NCBI GenBank assembly: GCA_965240325.2
Contig: OZ251224.1
Location: 2,108,001-2,172,000, forward strand
Reading direction: 5' to 3'
DNA: 64,000 bases
Source of the DNA: Rebecca billardiae RCC1528
Taxonomy: Eukaryota > Protista > Haptophyta
The position numbers were made by a program, and so were the translations under genes. Positions 29,317 through 41,559 of the stretch are shown piece by piece. Positions within the stretch are counted from its first letter, which is position 1. Each line of letters opens with the position of its first letter. The notes beneath the pieces were generated by a model. The model had not been told where the DNA came from and made no database searches. It saw only the letters and a list, made by a program, of their open reading frames with translations.

Positions 29317-29846
29317 GGCGCGGCAATATCATTGTCGACAGCATTCAGCACCCCGGAACGATGACGAGTGTCGGAGTGATGGCCTGATGGATCGGTCGGC
29401 CGCGCTGCTCACCTGCTGAGACCGTGCCGGTGCCGCCTGATCGGTCGGGCTACTGATCCGGGCGGCGCCGCCGGCGCGGGCCCGTCCGGGCCCCGACCCC
29501 GTCCGGCCGTCGCCGCCGCCGCCGCGCTGCCGGCCGCGCCGAGATCGGACCGCGCGGGTGTGATGGAGGCGGTAGCTGGACCGTGAGACTCAGATCAGTA
29601 CTCTGAATCTGAATCAGCTACGAGCGCGCAGCCAGCAACTCACTAATTGTGCAGCGCAGCCGCAGGTCCGGACGGTGCCAGCTCGTGGGGTGTCCGGACG
29701 GCGCGCAACGATCGACTCGTTGACGACGACGTTGGGGAGCTGGAGGCGGGAACCTACTTCCTACAAGTTAACAAGTATCGCCGCGTGCGGGCGCGTCGCA
29801 CCAGGGACGCCCCCTGTCCACGGCACTGGACGAGCGCGCGGGCAAC

Positions 29847-32800
29847 ATGGCGCCCAAACCGGCGGCGAGCGCGGCGGAAGCGCCCGGCGCGGATGTGTTG
29901 GCCTCTCTGCCCCTCCTCGTCGACTTCCAGTGCACGCCAGAGCTCGCGGCGGTGATCCGCGATGAGCTCGAGGCCATTCGGCATACGACCGAGGCGGAGC
30001 GCCACCTGGAACGCGCCAAGGAGACGTCGGCGGGCGCTGATCGCGAGTCGGCGCGCGCGCACGCGGAGGTCAGGAAGGCCAAGGAGAAGGCGAGCGAGGA
30101 GAAGAAGCGGACTGGGGAGGCTGCGGCAGAGGAGGCCAGCAGCGCGCTGGCCTCGGTCCTCGCTCTGGCCAAGTCGAAGGATCTCGCGGCGCAGGCGGCG
30201 GCGGAGGGGTACACGGCGGCACAGAAGGCGCTGAGCGCCGCGCGCTCGAACTCGGACGAGCGCGCCAGCCAGGCGTCCGACGCCGTCTCGCGCCACTACC
30301 GCAAGCAGTCCATCAAGCTGCACCCGGATCGCAACGGCGAGCACCTGCGCCCGCAGTTTGAGTCGCTCGCTGACGCGGCGACCGTGCTGCGTAACGGCGA
30401 GCTGCGGCAGCGGTACGTCGAGCAGATGGTGACGGTGCTCAAGCAGGAGCCCGAGCTTGTGCGCATGGCGCACCGCTCGTGGCTCGAGCGCAACGGCTTC
30501 GCCGAGGCCAGCAGCGCGCCGCACGACGACATCGACGGCACCGACAGCGGCACAGCGCCCAAGTTTGCTCGGCTCACGGAGGGCGGCACGGGCGCGGTGC
30601 CCAAGATGGCGCAGATGCTCGCGATCGAGGTCGTGAGCGGCAAGCCCACCATGGACGTGCGATTCCCACTCGGCGCGCAGCCCGGCGTGTACGCCGACTT
30701 CCGCGTCTCGTGGCAGCTGCGCCGCTTTCAGCTCGCAGACGACGCGGCGGCCTCCGGGCTTGTCCCGATCAGCCAGGTCGACTGGCTGAACGCGTGCGTG
30801 CGCACCAGCCTCGACATCCCGTCGTTCGGCACGTTCGAGCTGCGCTGGGCCCTCGACTTTGGGCGGCAGAACGAGTCGGGCGAGCCGCTGCGCTCGCCGT
30901 GGTCGACGTGGCTCCTCGTGCTCGTCGAGAACCCGACGCACGCCCACCTGATGCAGGCGCGCGAGCACGCAGAGAGGACGGCCGAGGGACGGCTGCGAAT
31001 GCTCGAGGCGGCGGTGCGCTCGGCGGGCGCCGTGCCCACGCCGATCTCGACGAAGGATGCGGTGTACCACTCGGAGCGGCTGCACGTGGGGCAGGTCCGG
31101 CTCGCCTCCGCCATCGGCCGGCTCGAGCGGCTGTACGAGGAGCACGCGAAGGGCTCGGCGGACTCGGGGCTGCGGCCGAGGCCCGAGGACGCGTCACGAG
31201 TGGCGCGCCTCTCGCGGCACGCGGGCGAGGTGGGCGCGCGCGCGACGAACACGTCGCAGATGTTCGAGCCCATTCTCGCGCGCGAGAAGAAGGCAGAGGC
31301 CTCGAGCCGGTTCTTCCGATTCATCCGGTACAAGCTCGAGACCGGCCTGTTCGCGGACTGGATCTCGGATACATCCGGCTCGGGTGCGTGCTCGTGCAAG
31401 CGAGCGCCGAGCGGCGGTGCGCGCTGGCCCTGCGGCGGTGCGGTGCGCGTGTGAACGCGATGGGCTCGGCGTGCGCCCCGCGCCCTGCGCAGGCCCGACC
31501 GAAGCGGTGCTGGTCTCGGAGGGCGGCAGCGTGAACCGGCTGTACCAGCTGCTCGTCGAGGGACCGCACCGCCGCGTGGGCGGCGGCGGCGGTGGCGGCG
31601 GCGGCGGCTCGGCGTCAGCGCCCGCGAGCAACGGCGAGCACGTCCTCGAGGTAGACTCGTTCGTGCTGCAGAGCGCGACGCGGCGCGACGACCTGTTCAC
31701 GGAGAAGCAGCTGAAGAAGCTGGGCGAGACGGCCGTCAAGCTCGAGGCGGCGGAGCGCAAGCAGGAGGAGGCGGAGCGGCGCGCGGAGGAGCGTGCCGAG
31801 CAGAAGCGCCTCGCGGACGAGAAGGCCGCCGCGGAGGCGGCGCGCGCCGAGGCCGAGGGGCGGGAGCGGGAGCGCAAAGCGGCCGAGCAGGCGGCCGAGT
31901 CGGACGCGAGGCTGAGGGTCTACCAGTCCGGCATCAAGCTCGATTGCCGCGTCATGCTCCAGGGCCTCAAGGGCAACCAGCACCTGAACGGACGGGTGCG
32001 CGCCGCCCGCGCTCACGCGCACGCGACGGCCACGCGAGTACCCACCTCGTCCTACCACCGTAGCACTACGAGTAGTCTGATCGTTTGCCTCGCCTCTCCG
32101 CCGCGCCGTGCGCCGCCAACCGCGCGCGGCGCTCTCACGCCGCGCACGCGCGCCCTGCGCTGCGCCGCACGCGCGCGCGCGCAGGAAGGGACCGTGTGCT
32201 CCGTCGACGACGCGGTCGTGCGCAAGGGCCGCGTGGTCGTGCAGCTCTGTGACACGGCCGAGTGCGCCGCCGAGCAGATCTCTATCCGGGTGGAGAACGT
32301 GGTCCTCATGGACGCCGAGCTGGGCCACGGGCTGGAGGACGAGCTGGTCGGGGATGGCGGCGAGCACGGAGCGACGGCGGGTGGTGCGCTCGAGCCCACG
32401 CCGCCCGCGCGCGCCGCCAGCCAGCACCCGGCGAGCGCCGCCGTCGCCGCGGCGGAGGCCCGCGAGCCGCAGCCGCCCGCCGCACCGCGCAACCGGCGAG
32501 AGCAGCAGGCGATGACGCGCTGCCGCTTCATCACGAGCAAGTCCGGCTGCAACAACGGCGCGCGCTGCAAGTTCTCGCACTCGCTCGATGCGCCCAAGTA
32601 CCCGCCGCCCATCGTGCCAAGCGGCGCGCCGCAGCCGCAGCCGCAGCCGCAGCCGCACCCGTTGCCTGCGAGCGTGCCAACGCCCGCGGCCGCGACTGAT
32701 GACGCGGCGCTCAGCCCGGCGCAGAAAAAGACTCAGGAGAAGGAGAAGAAGAAGAAGGCGAACAAGAAGGCGGAGCCGGTGGGCGGGGTGGCGACGGCGC

Positions 32801-33420
32801 CATCACCCACCGCCCGGTCCCCCGCGCGGCAGGAGCAGCCCAACGCGCGCTCCGCCGCCGCCGCCGCGCACCCAGCCACCTCATACAGCAGCCCGGTCGG
32901 CGGCGCGCCGGTTTCTTCCGCTCAGGCGGCTTCTGCCGAGGCGGCGGAGTGGGTGACGGAGTTTGACGCCAATAGCGGGATGCACTACTACTGGAACACG
33001 CGCACGCGGCAGACGCAGTGGCAGCGGCCCGAGGCGCTGGGGCCAGAGCCCGGCCTGCCGCAGCCCTCGACGATGTTTGCGCAGCCCGCCGCGCCCAACG
33101 GCGGCGCGCAGCCCAAGCAGGCCGCAGCCGGCCGCGGCGCGGCTGCAGAGCTTGAGGCTCTGCGCGCGCAGCTCGAGGCCGAGCGCATCGCGCGCGAGCG
33201 AGCAGAGAGCGCGTACGCGGCGGCGGAGCAGATCAAGGCCGACGAGCGGCGGATGTGCGTCGTGTGCATCGAGCGGCCAAAGTCGCACGTGTTCGACCGA
33301 TGCTTTCACAAGTGCGTGTGCGACGTGTGCGCGGCCGCGATCAGGGCGCGGCCGCGCTCTCAGTGGCTGTGCCCGCTGTGCAGGGAGCCTTGCAACAACA
33401 TCCAGCAGGTCTTCGAGTGA
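29847..33420 (+). CDS. Multidomain protein: J-like (HPD) domain, coiled coil, SH3-like segment, CCCH zinc finger, WW domain, C-terminal RING finger
   Basis: YRKQSIKLHPDRN; CRFITSKSGCNNGARCKFSH; WVTEFDANSGMHYYWNTRTRQTQWQRP; CVVC...CFHKCVCDVC...CPLCR. Predicted introns 31384-31492 and 31996-32184 keep frame. Confidence 0.85.
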
Positions 33421-33731
33421 TGGCAATGCAGAGCCGGCGCGACCACATCAGCATGCTCAGCCTAAGCCGTAAGCGGGTCACCGTGAGAACGTTGACGTCG
33501 TCGTCTGAGTACTTGACGACGCTCCGCGCGAGACTTATTTATAATTCGGCCGTCATATACATATATATATATATATGTATCCACTATGCGCGTAGCACGC
33601 GAGCAGTTACGTACTACTGCGTATATATATCATTGCGTATAGTGCTGACGATGTCTCAGACGCAAGTCGGTCAGCAGTATACCGGGTCAACGCGTCGACA
33701 GTCGTCGGCGTCACAATATTAATACGGTTAT

Positions 33732-36192
33732 GGCCCGCGGTGCAGGGCGGAGCGCGCAGCGAGGAGCCCGCAGTGCGGGCCCTAACCACGTTTCAAAAAG
33801 ATCTTTGATCAGCAAGAAAAAGGGACGGGAGCCGATTTTTAGGGCTGGCGGAGACCGAGTTTCGATTTTTGAGACCCTCTCTAGGATATAAGACTTTCTG
33901 ACTGCTACGACTGCTGCTGCTATACATGATATGACCGCGTTCCGCGGTCCTTTTCCGTAGAACGAACGTAGTTCGGGGCCCGCGGTGGCGGTGCACCCTC
34001 CGTCGCGCAGTCGTCTAACTCTATTCAATTTCACTATTGTCCGATTCGGACAGACCTGAGGCTGAGAGTGAGACCAGTAATGGCACGGTTGGCATGCCCG
34101 TACAACTACTGATGTAACGATTTTTTTCCGGCGGCGCTACCATCGGCGACGGCTTCATGGGCGGTGACAGCTGGCGGGCGTCAATCTCGCCTGCCTGAGC
34201 TGTGTGCGTCTCTTATTCTTAGTAAACTGTAGCAGTAGACTCCAGCGGCGCGCCGCCGCCTCGGCCGCGCCGGGCCGCCGGGGCGCCCGGGGCCGGGCGG
34301 GCCCAGTCGCAGCCGCCGCCGCGGCGCCGATATTGTGTACAGGCGGATGCGACGAGGCGTGATCGACGCATGAGCGCGACTCCACGTGCACGCCAGGCCA
34401 CGCGGAGCAGACAGCCAGGGAGCACGGTGCGGGGCCGCGGATTCGTTCGGGCCGCTGCGCCTGCTGCTGACCGCGCTGTCCCGTCACCGCGCGCCGGCAG
34501 CGGCCACGGGATAGATGATTTGCACTGGTCCGAGTAGGGTTCGACCAGCGCCTGCGCGACGGCCGACAGGCGGGCGCGAGGCGTGATCGACGCATGAGCG
34601 CAACTCTACGTGCACGCCAGGCCACGCGGAGCTGACAGCCAGGGAGCACGGTGCCGCGGTGCGAGGCGAGGCCGCGGATTCGAGCCGAGCAGCCACAGCA
34701 CCGGTGCCTTCGCGCGCGCCGCGCGTGGACCGGGTGACACACCTCGGTCAGGCTCGGCACGCGTCGCAGAGGCACGGCCAGCTCTGGGAGCGTCGCGCAC
34801 CACCGTCGCCCGCGCTGCTCGTCCTCCTATGTCCGTCCGTCCAGCGCTAGACAGACTTGCCGGCGCGGGCTGATGACCCAGCCATTTCAACTTTCATGCA
34901 AGCATGCCGCTCTGCGCATCGATGGGACACGCGTGCGGAGGCGCGTGGCGGCGCACTCGAGGTGAGCAGGGCGCGAGGGGAAGGCTGACGTCCGCGGGAC
35001 CCCGCCACCACTGCCCGCTGCCCAGGCGCCGTGTGTCACGGCAGCGTACAGACAGTACCGTCGCCTGCTCGGTTAGTCCGTCTTCCGTGGGAGACCCCGG
35101 GAAGGCATGACGAGGGGGGCGCGTCCACGGTGAAGTCGGAGACTCAGATGTCGATCAGTCCGCCATCAGGCGCCGCTGCCCCCGTGCTTGCGAGAGCCCG
35201 AAAGGGCGGCTCGGGCCTGCCGCGGCCGGTCGCGGGCGGCACGCGCGGTGCACGATTCCGCGCGCAGGCATCGATGATCGATCGATAGGGCGGCGGGGGC
35301 GCGCGGAGTTCAGAGTGAGCGGGGCACGAACGCGATGTCGACGGCCGTCGGGGCCCACCACAGCCGCGCGCTCCAGACGCCACTCGCCGCGCGCACCTCG
35401 TGAGACGTGCTCGGCATCATGTCCACGTGAGCGGCAAAAAAGTGGCCTCGAGCCTGCTCAGGCCTGCTCTTAAAGTGCGTAACAACTGGCTCGCCAGAGG
35501 GCAAAAGGCCAATAGCTACTCCCAATTCCCGAAGGCTGATGATGAATACGCACACGTGCGCCTGATGAATATCGATGATATTTTGCTCGACCCCGTAGCA
35601 GTCCATGAACCATATATATATTATAATGTATGAAAACGAAGCGGTGCAAATGTTGTTCTCCAGTAGTGGATACGACCCCGACGAAGCGATTTTATGCCTG
35701 CGTGAACCATACAGCATATATGGTTCATAATGTATGAAAACGAAGCGGTGCAAATGATGTTCTCCAGTAGTGGATACGACTCCGACGAAGCGATTTTATG
35801 CCTGCGTGAACCATACAGCATATGAATCAGTAGTGAATACGACCCCGACGAAGCCAATATATATCGGTTGGTTACTTCGCTGATCCCGTATGGACGTGCG
35901 AAAATAGCCTCAAAGAAGCTGACGCTTGTATTGGACTTGTAACCGTCCTACTTCACACAGAAGTGAACTCTCACGCCCGGCCGTCCACGATTGATTAGGG
36001 GAATGTTGTGGGCGCGGTTTTTTTCTCCGTGATGCACCTGTAGAGAGGGTCTCAAAATTCGAAACTCGGTCTCCGCCAGCCCTAAAAATCGGCCCCCGCG
36101 TCCCTTTTTCTTGATCAAAGATCTTTTTGAAACGTGGTTCGGGCCCACTGGTGCGGGCTCCACGCTGCGCGCTCCGCCCTGCACCGCGGGCC
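33732..36192. mobile_element. Non-autonomous TIR DNA transposon (~150-bp TIRs, GGCCC ends, AT flanks; PIF-Harbinger/ISL2EU-like)
   Basis: 33732-33883 is the diverged reverse complement of 36041-36192, with AT on both sides. No recognisable transposase. Confidence 0.75.
35623..35855. repeat. 104-bp tandem repeat (about 2 copies plus a fragment) inside the TIR element
   Basis: ATAATGTATGAAAACGAAGCGGTGCAAATG... at 35623 and 35727. Confidence 0.9.
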
Positions 36193-38317
36193 ATGAGCAG
36201 TACGGTAGTCGTGTCATAGCAGATCATCGTCTCTCACCCTGGGCCTGACGATCTGATACGCGATATATGCTGATTATAGATTCGTAGTAATAGACGACGA
36301 TGATCCGCGCATCAGCCGGCGCTTATCGCCGGCAAAGCTATAGCTATATTACTACTATATATGATCGGCTACGCCGATCTTCGGGTAGTAAACAACGAAG
36401 TTGAGGGCGCACGGCCCTACTGGTATGCAATAGTCGTCGCGTTCTTCACCGAATGACGATGCGCGCGCCCGGCGCGTCGCCGTGCAGGAGGCGCGGGCGC
36501 GAGTAATCGACGCGGTCGACGGCCCGGGCCTCGGGGGGCTGCGCCGCCTGTCGAACTCGACGCGCAGCAGCCGCAGCGCCTCCGCCCGGTGCGCATCGGG
36601 CAGCCCTGTTGTCTGTGGCCGCGCGCAGCGCGGAGATCGCGCTCGGCAGCTCGCCCGTCTCAGCCTCGCACAGCCTCGCGCGCTCGGCGGGATCGGCGCA
36701 GCGTCGGACGAGCTCGCTGCGGGGAAGAGCGTCGCGAGCAGCCGCGGCTCGAGCCTGTCTATCTACGACCTCCCGCAGCCGCAGTAGCCGCTCCTTGCAC
36801 GCCTTTGTATGTCAGGCTCGCCGCCGCGTCGATGCACTCGGTGCGAGGGCCGCTGCATTGCTGTGCGCGTCGGTGCCGCCGCGGGTGCTGTCGGCCGACG
36901 GCCCGGAGCGCGAGGACTACTGCGAGCACGGGCGAGAGGGGAGCACGGCGTCGCCCGTAGCATATGCCAACTCGCCATCATCGCGGGCTCGCCGCTCGCA
37001 GATCTAAGCCTGTGGCTCTCGTGTCAGGCACGGTCAGGCATCCGTCGAGTGAGCGCCAGAGCCCCTCCTCACGGTCAGCGCGCGGCTCGCGCGCCAAATG
37101 CTTGCCGCGCCGCCATGCGCAGCCGTCAGCACGCCGCACGCGGCTCAGCCATCACAGCTCGGCCATGGTCATGGACGGCGCGAGCGTGAGCGGTGAGGGT
37201 TGGGCGAGCGACTTCTGAACATGCCGAGAGCCTCAGCTGCGCGGCGTGCGGCGTGGCGCGCGCGGGCGCGCGAATGGTCAGCTACGAGCCGGTCGACAAC
37301 GGCCGCGTTCGTGCGACCGAGTGACGACGTGCTCGGTTGGAAAACGCACTGGGCCGAAGAGGCATGGCAGGGCGGGGCGCGCGGGGTGAACGAGGCACGA
37401 ATGCGATGCCGACGGCCGTTGGGACCCGCCGCAGATCTGCGCGCACCTGCGCTGAGTCTTGTCGGATTGAACGATCGCGTGCAGTGCCCGCCTGTTCGCG
37501 AGCCCGCGTCGAGTTTGCGTGGCCAGTGGCCAAGGCAGTGGCAGCGCCTTTTGTAGCAATACTGTAAGTGATGAGCAGTATTAATCGACGGGAGATAACT
37601 ATAGTAATCAGAAAAGATACGGTTATGAATCGCGCGCGGGAACGGGAACGCCTTAGGGCTACCCGCGTCAATGATATATATCTCGTCGCCCGCGAGGGTT
37701 CGTGCGAAACGATGCGGATCGCGTGCCCTAGAACATCGCGCCATAACCTGATGATATCCGCCACTGAGAAGCGACGGTTCATGACTTCAGATGCCGGCAA
37801 TACTTTACTTCAAGCGGCATAAAAGCCGACCGAACCTCTCTTTTCTATGGTTGGCGAGCTGTTTCAGGCTCTTACAATTCAAGCATCTTAATATGACGGA
37901 ATGTTCGAACACACGGCTGGTGTTATGTGCTATTCCATCCTGCATTCCCCTAAGTGTTACTATCGTTAAAATTAGCATCTACTACAAACGCAATCATTGG
38001 CAGCGAAATGCGTCCACTAGGGGTCCGGTCACATCTGAATCAACCTACAAAAATCCCCAAAATCCTGCGCGCATCCTCTTTTTGATTTTGCGGAGCACGT
38101 GCGCCGCCCCCCCCCCCGGCTTTCGCTCACGCTCAGACCTTTCGGGGGGGGGGCCGTGCGCCATCAGAGAGAGAGAGAGCTAGAGGGATCGAGAGAGTGA
38201 TGAGAGAGAGAGACTCAGAGAGCAGAGAGCGCGACGGACTCACTACAGCTCGGGACTATACAGCTACTGAGTCTACATGGCCATTCCGCGCCCGCTCAAG
38301 TAGTAGTCTAGCAGTTC

Positions 38318-40952
38318 CACAGTGCAGGATTGGAATTTTCCGTGACGCTTCGGACGGTCCGCAGCTCGAGTCAGCGAATCCGGTCTCGGCCGGACAGTGG
38401 AACTCGGGTGGAAGCCGCGACTTCGCGGCGGACGGAGCCTCAAACGAGCGGTGCCTCGGCTCGCGGCGCGATCTACTCGGCGAAGACCGACGAGGCTGCT
38501 CGCGGGCCCGACTATGCGTCGACGCGGGCTGGGGTCGTCTTCCGCGTGGCGCTGGGCAAGTTCCTCGCCGCCCTGACGGGTGCTCTCCTTTCGCCCTCAC
38601 GGCGCGCGCGGTGCGTTTCGCGAGCTTCTTGCATGCGCCGCCCGCGGTTGCGCCCGAGCCTGATGCTTCAGTCGACGCGGCAGGTGGCTCGCGCAGGGTG
38701 GGATTGTGTGCGGGTGCCGCTGGCGGTGCGTCTCACCCTCCTGAAATTGTGTGGGAGGCTGTGACATTGCACGCGTACACCCCGCCACGCCCGCGGCCCG
38801 CCCGCGCAAACGCCGCGCCGCGCAGTTGTCTTTGACCTCGAGCGAGCCTGAGGCGTGGAGGCGACCGACGGCGGGGTGCGACTTGCCCATCGACCCGAGC
38901 CGCATCACCCAGCGCAGCCTCGCCCGCGACGACGCTTCGCCTGGCTGCCACTGCTCAGCCGCGTGCAAGGCGGGCTGGGCGACGTCCGTTTGCCGAGCGC
39001 GGCTGCAGCGCAGCACGCGAGAGGCTGGAGCGCCATGACGCGGATGGCGGAGCGGGCTTTGGGCTGGCTGGCATGAGCCGCCAGGCTGTACCGTCCGCGC
39101 AGATCGCGCTCGGCCCGGCCGCAGCCCTCCTGAGCGCGCGCCTCAGAGCTGAGACTGATCACGTGCACGCGCACAAGCCACACTGCCGTGGCTGTGTCGA
39201 GCAGCTGCGTGTGCTCGAGGCGCGGCGCTCGCACGGGCCACGCGGGCGCAGCGGGTGCGCGCAGCTGGCGCACGCAGTGCCACGTCCTGCCGCGCCAGTT
39301 TGGCGGCCGTCCGCCCCCCCGAGCTCGAGTTCTGCGCGCTTTGCGACGGCGCGGCCGGCCGCGCCCATCTTCATGCTTGGGCACGCCAGCATGGCCGCCG
39401 CCGGGCCTGCTGCGCGCGCCGAAGCTGGAGGGCGGAGGAGGGCGCTGGGCTGCTCCTACGGCGTGCTGCAGCCCGGGCAGGCTTTTCCGCGGCGCGGCGA
39501 GGCCGTCGCGCCTGCTCGCCGCCGTCGAGTCGCCCGTGCTGAGTGACCGCCGGCCGCATGTGCTCGGCGGCACCGCAGGCAGGCGTCCCATACCAGTGTG
39601 CTCGAGCCGCTGCGCGCACCCAAGGCGAGCTGCTCGAGCGGGCTAGGTGGGCCCACGGAGTGCGCGCAGCTGGCGCACGCAGCCCCGCGTCATGGGGTGT
39701 CGGTTTGACGGTCGCCAGCCCCCGTGGGCTCGAGCTCTGTGCGCTTCACCACGGAGGTGCCGACGGCGCCCCGCGGCGCGCAACGGCGTGGCAGCATGGC
39801 CGCCGCCGGCGCCGCCGCACATGCCGCCGCTTACGGGCAGTCGAGAGCTTGGGGCAGCACCTACGGCATGCTGCAGCTCGGGCGGGCTCTACCAGCCTGC
39901 TGTGGCGTGATCGCGCATTTTCCAGACCGTCGACTCGCCCGCGCTGCATATTTGTTTGCTGCGCGTGCTCGACGGCGCCGCTGCTGCCGCTACGGCCGCG
40001 CGTTGCTGCGTCGCGAGCGAGCCCGATGCGAGCTGAACGGCGGCGTGCTCATCGCTGCTGGCGCAGATGGGCGCGTCATGGTGGCCACGCACGATGCTGA
40101 GTGCTCGCGCGTGCCAGACGAGGCGCGTGCTCGCGCTGTGGCTCAATGTCCGGCAGTGCGCGTGGCAGGCCGCAGCTGCTCGACAACAGAACCAGCGGGC
40201 AGTGATCGGGCTGCGCGCGCGCAGCTGATGGCGGCGAACGAGCGAGCCCGCACCGCCGCGCAAGGGCTGGGCGACTGGCGCCGAGGTGGCGCGCACGTCG
40301 TCCGCTGCCGTTGGCATCGCGGCGGACGCTTCAAGCTCGTTCGGCCGGCGTGTTTTCTCCGACGCCCACCTGCGAGCGCTGCCGGCACCGTGCTCGGGCG
40401 TCAGTATCGGTGGGCTCGAGCACGCGTGGTGAGGCGCTCGGAGCGGTCGACGGCCATGATCGGGCAGCGCACGGTGGGCGCAGGCCACGCGCACGCCAGC
40501 GCCCCGCGTGGCGTGGCTTCACGGGGCGCAGCCACCAGGAGACTGTGCTGCGACGAGCTCGGGCGCGCTCGGGCGCCGCTGCTCTGCATTTTCCCGAAAA
40601 ATCGGTTTTCGTGCCCTCGACCGGCGGTATGCCGCCGGGGTGGCCGCAGCTGCGCTCGGAGCAGCGCGCACGGGCACCGCCGTGTGCGCCCGCCCGCTTT
40701 CGCCGCCGCCGAGCTCGAGCACAGCGCTGCGCGGGGCTGCGTAATGCCAACGGCGCATGATTTTTTGCCCGCGCCGAGCGCGCGTCGGCGCGCGCAGCGC
40801 GCTCAGGTGTGGCCTGCTACCAAGGTCTGTGCCACGATTCGACGCGCCTATGGTGCGCCGAATTTAGGCGCACCGCTTCAGAATTGTCCGATGATTCGAC
40901 TAGTGGTGCGGACAACTTAAAACGTCACCCTGAGCAGTTTTCCGGCACTGTG
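38318..40952. mobile_element. Putative non-autonomous CMC/EnSpm-like element with CACAGTG termini and 3-bp TSD TTC
   Basis: TTC|CACAGTGCAGGA ... TCCGGCACTGTG|TTC, with a second conserved block GTGACGYTT at the same offset at both ends. Internal diverged ~400-bp direct duplication (~39255 vs ~39660). Confidence 0.6.
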
Positions 40953-41559
40953 TTCATCATCGCCACTGATAATTACTTAGTAGCGCGCAGCAGCAGTCGT
41001 TATTCTTGCAGGATGAGGATGCGGCCGCCAGTTTAGCTCGCGGCGCGCGCGCGGATCACGTGTACATAGCTACTCATCAATCAAGTCGTGCGCGGCGGAC
41101 AAGCATTTCTTCTTATTTAGTTCTTATACGGCGTCGCCATCATGAATCTGAGGAATCATGCAGCAGTTAGAATTCGGCAGATCAACGGCCGGGTCCGACT
41201 CCGAGAGGCAGATCAGCCACCAGGCCGTGGCTCCAAGTCCAACGAACGAGGAGCGCGCTCGGGCGGACGGATGTGAAGTGCGAGCGAGTACATGGCGGCG
41301 AGACTCAACGGGACACGTTGGTTCGGGCCCGAGTGATCTGGATGAGCTCGCTGAGCTGAGTCGCAGCCCGCAGCGCGGTCGACGACGACGCGTCGTGCCG
41401 ACCCATCCTGCAGCGCAACCAGCGGCTCGCTCTCTGTTGCGTGCGCCCCTGCGGCCACGATCTGTGCGGCTCGAGCCTCGATGAGGCAACGAGGCGGCGG
41501 CCATGCTCGCGGGCATGCTCGCGCGCGGCCATGCCCGCGCGGGCTTTGCCGTGGGCTCA

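Noticed and set aside
25308-34231. 9-kb Pack-type transposon bounded by inverted TACAGTTTACT repeats and capturing genes
   Set aside because: The right copy lies inside the separate 33732-36192 TIR element, so the two would overlap rather than nest. Independent dispersed copies are more likely.
38105-38155. C-run/G-run hairpin as a terminator or structural RNA
   Set aside because: Homopolymer pairing beside a GA-rich simple repeat, with no supporting context.
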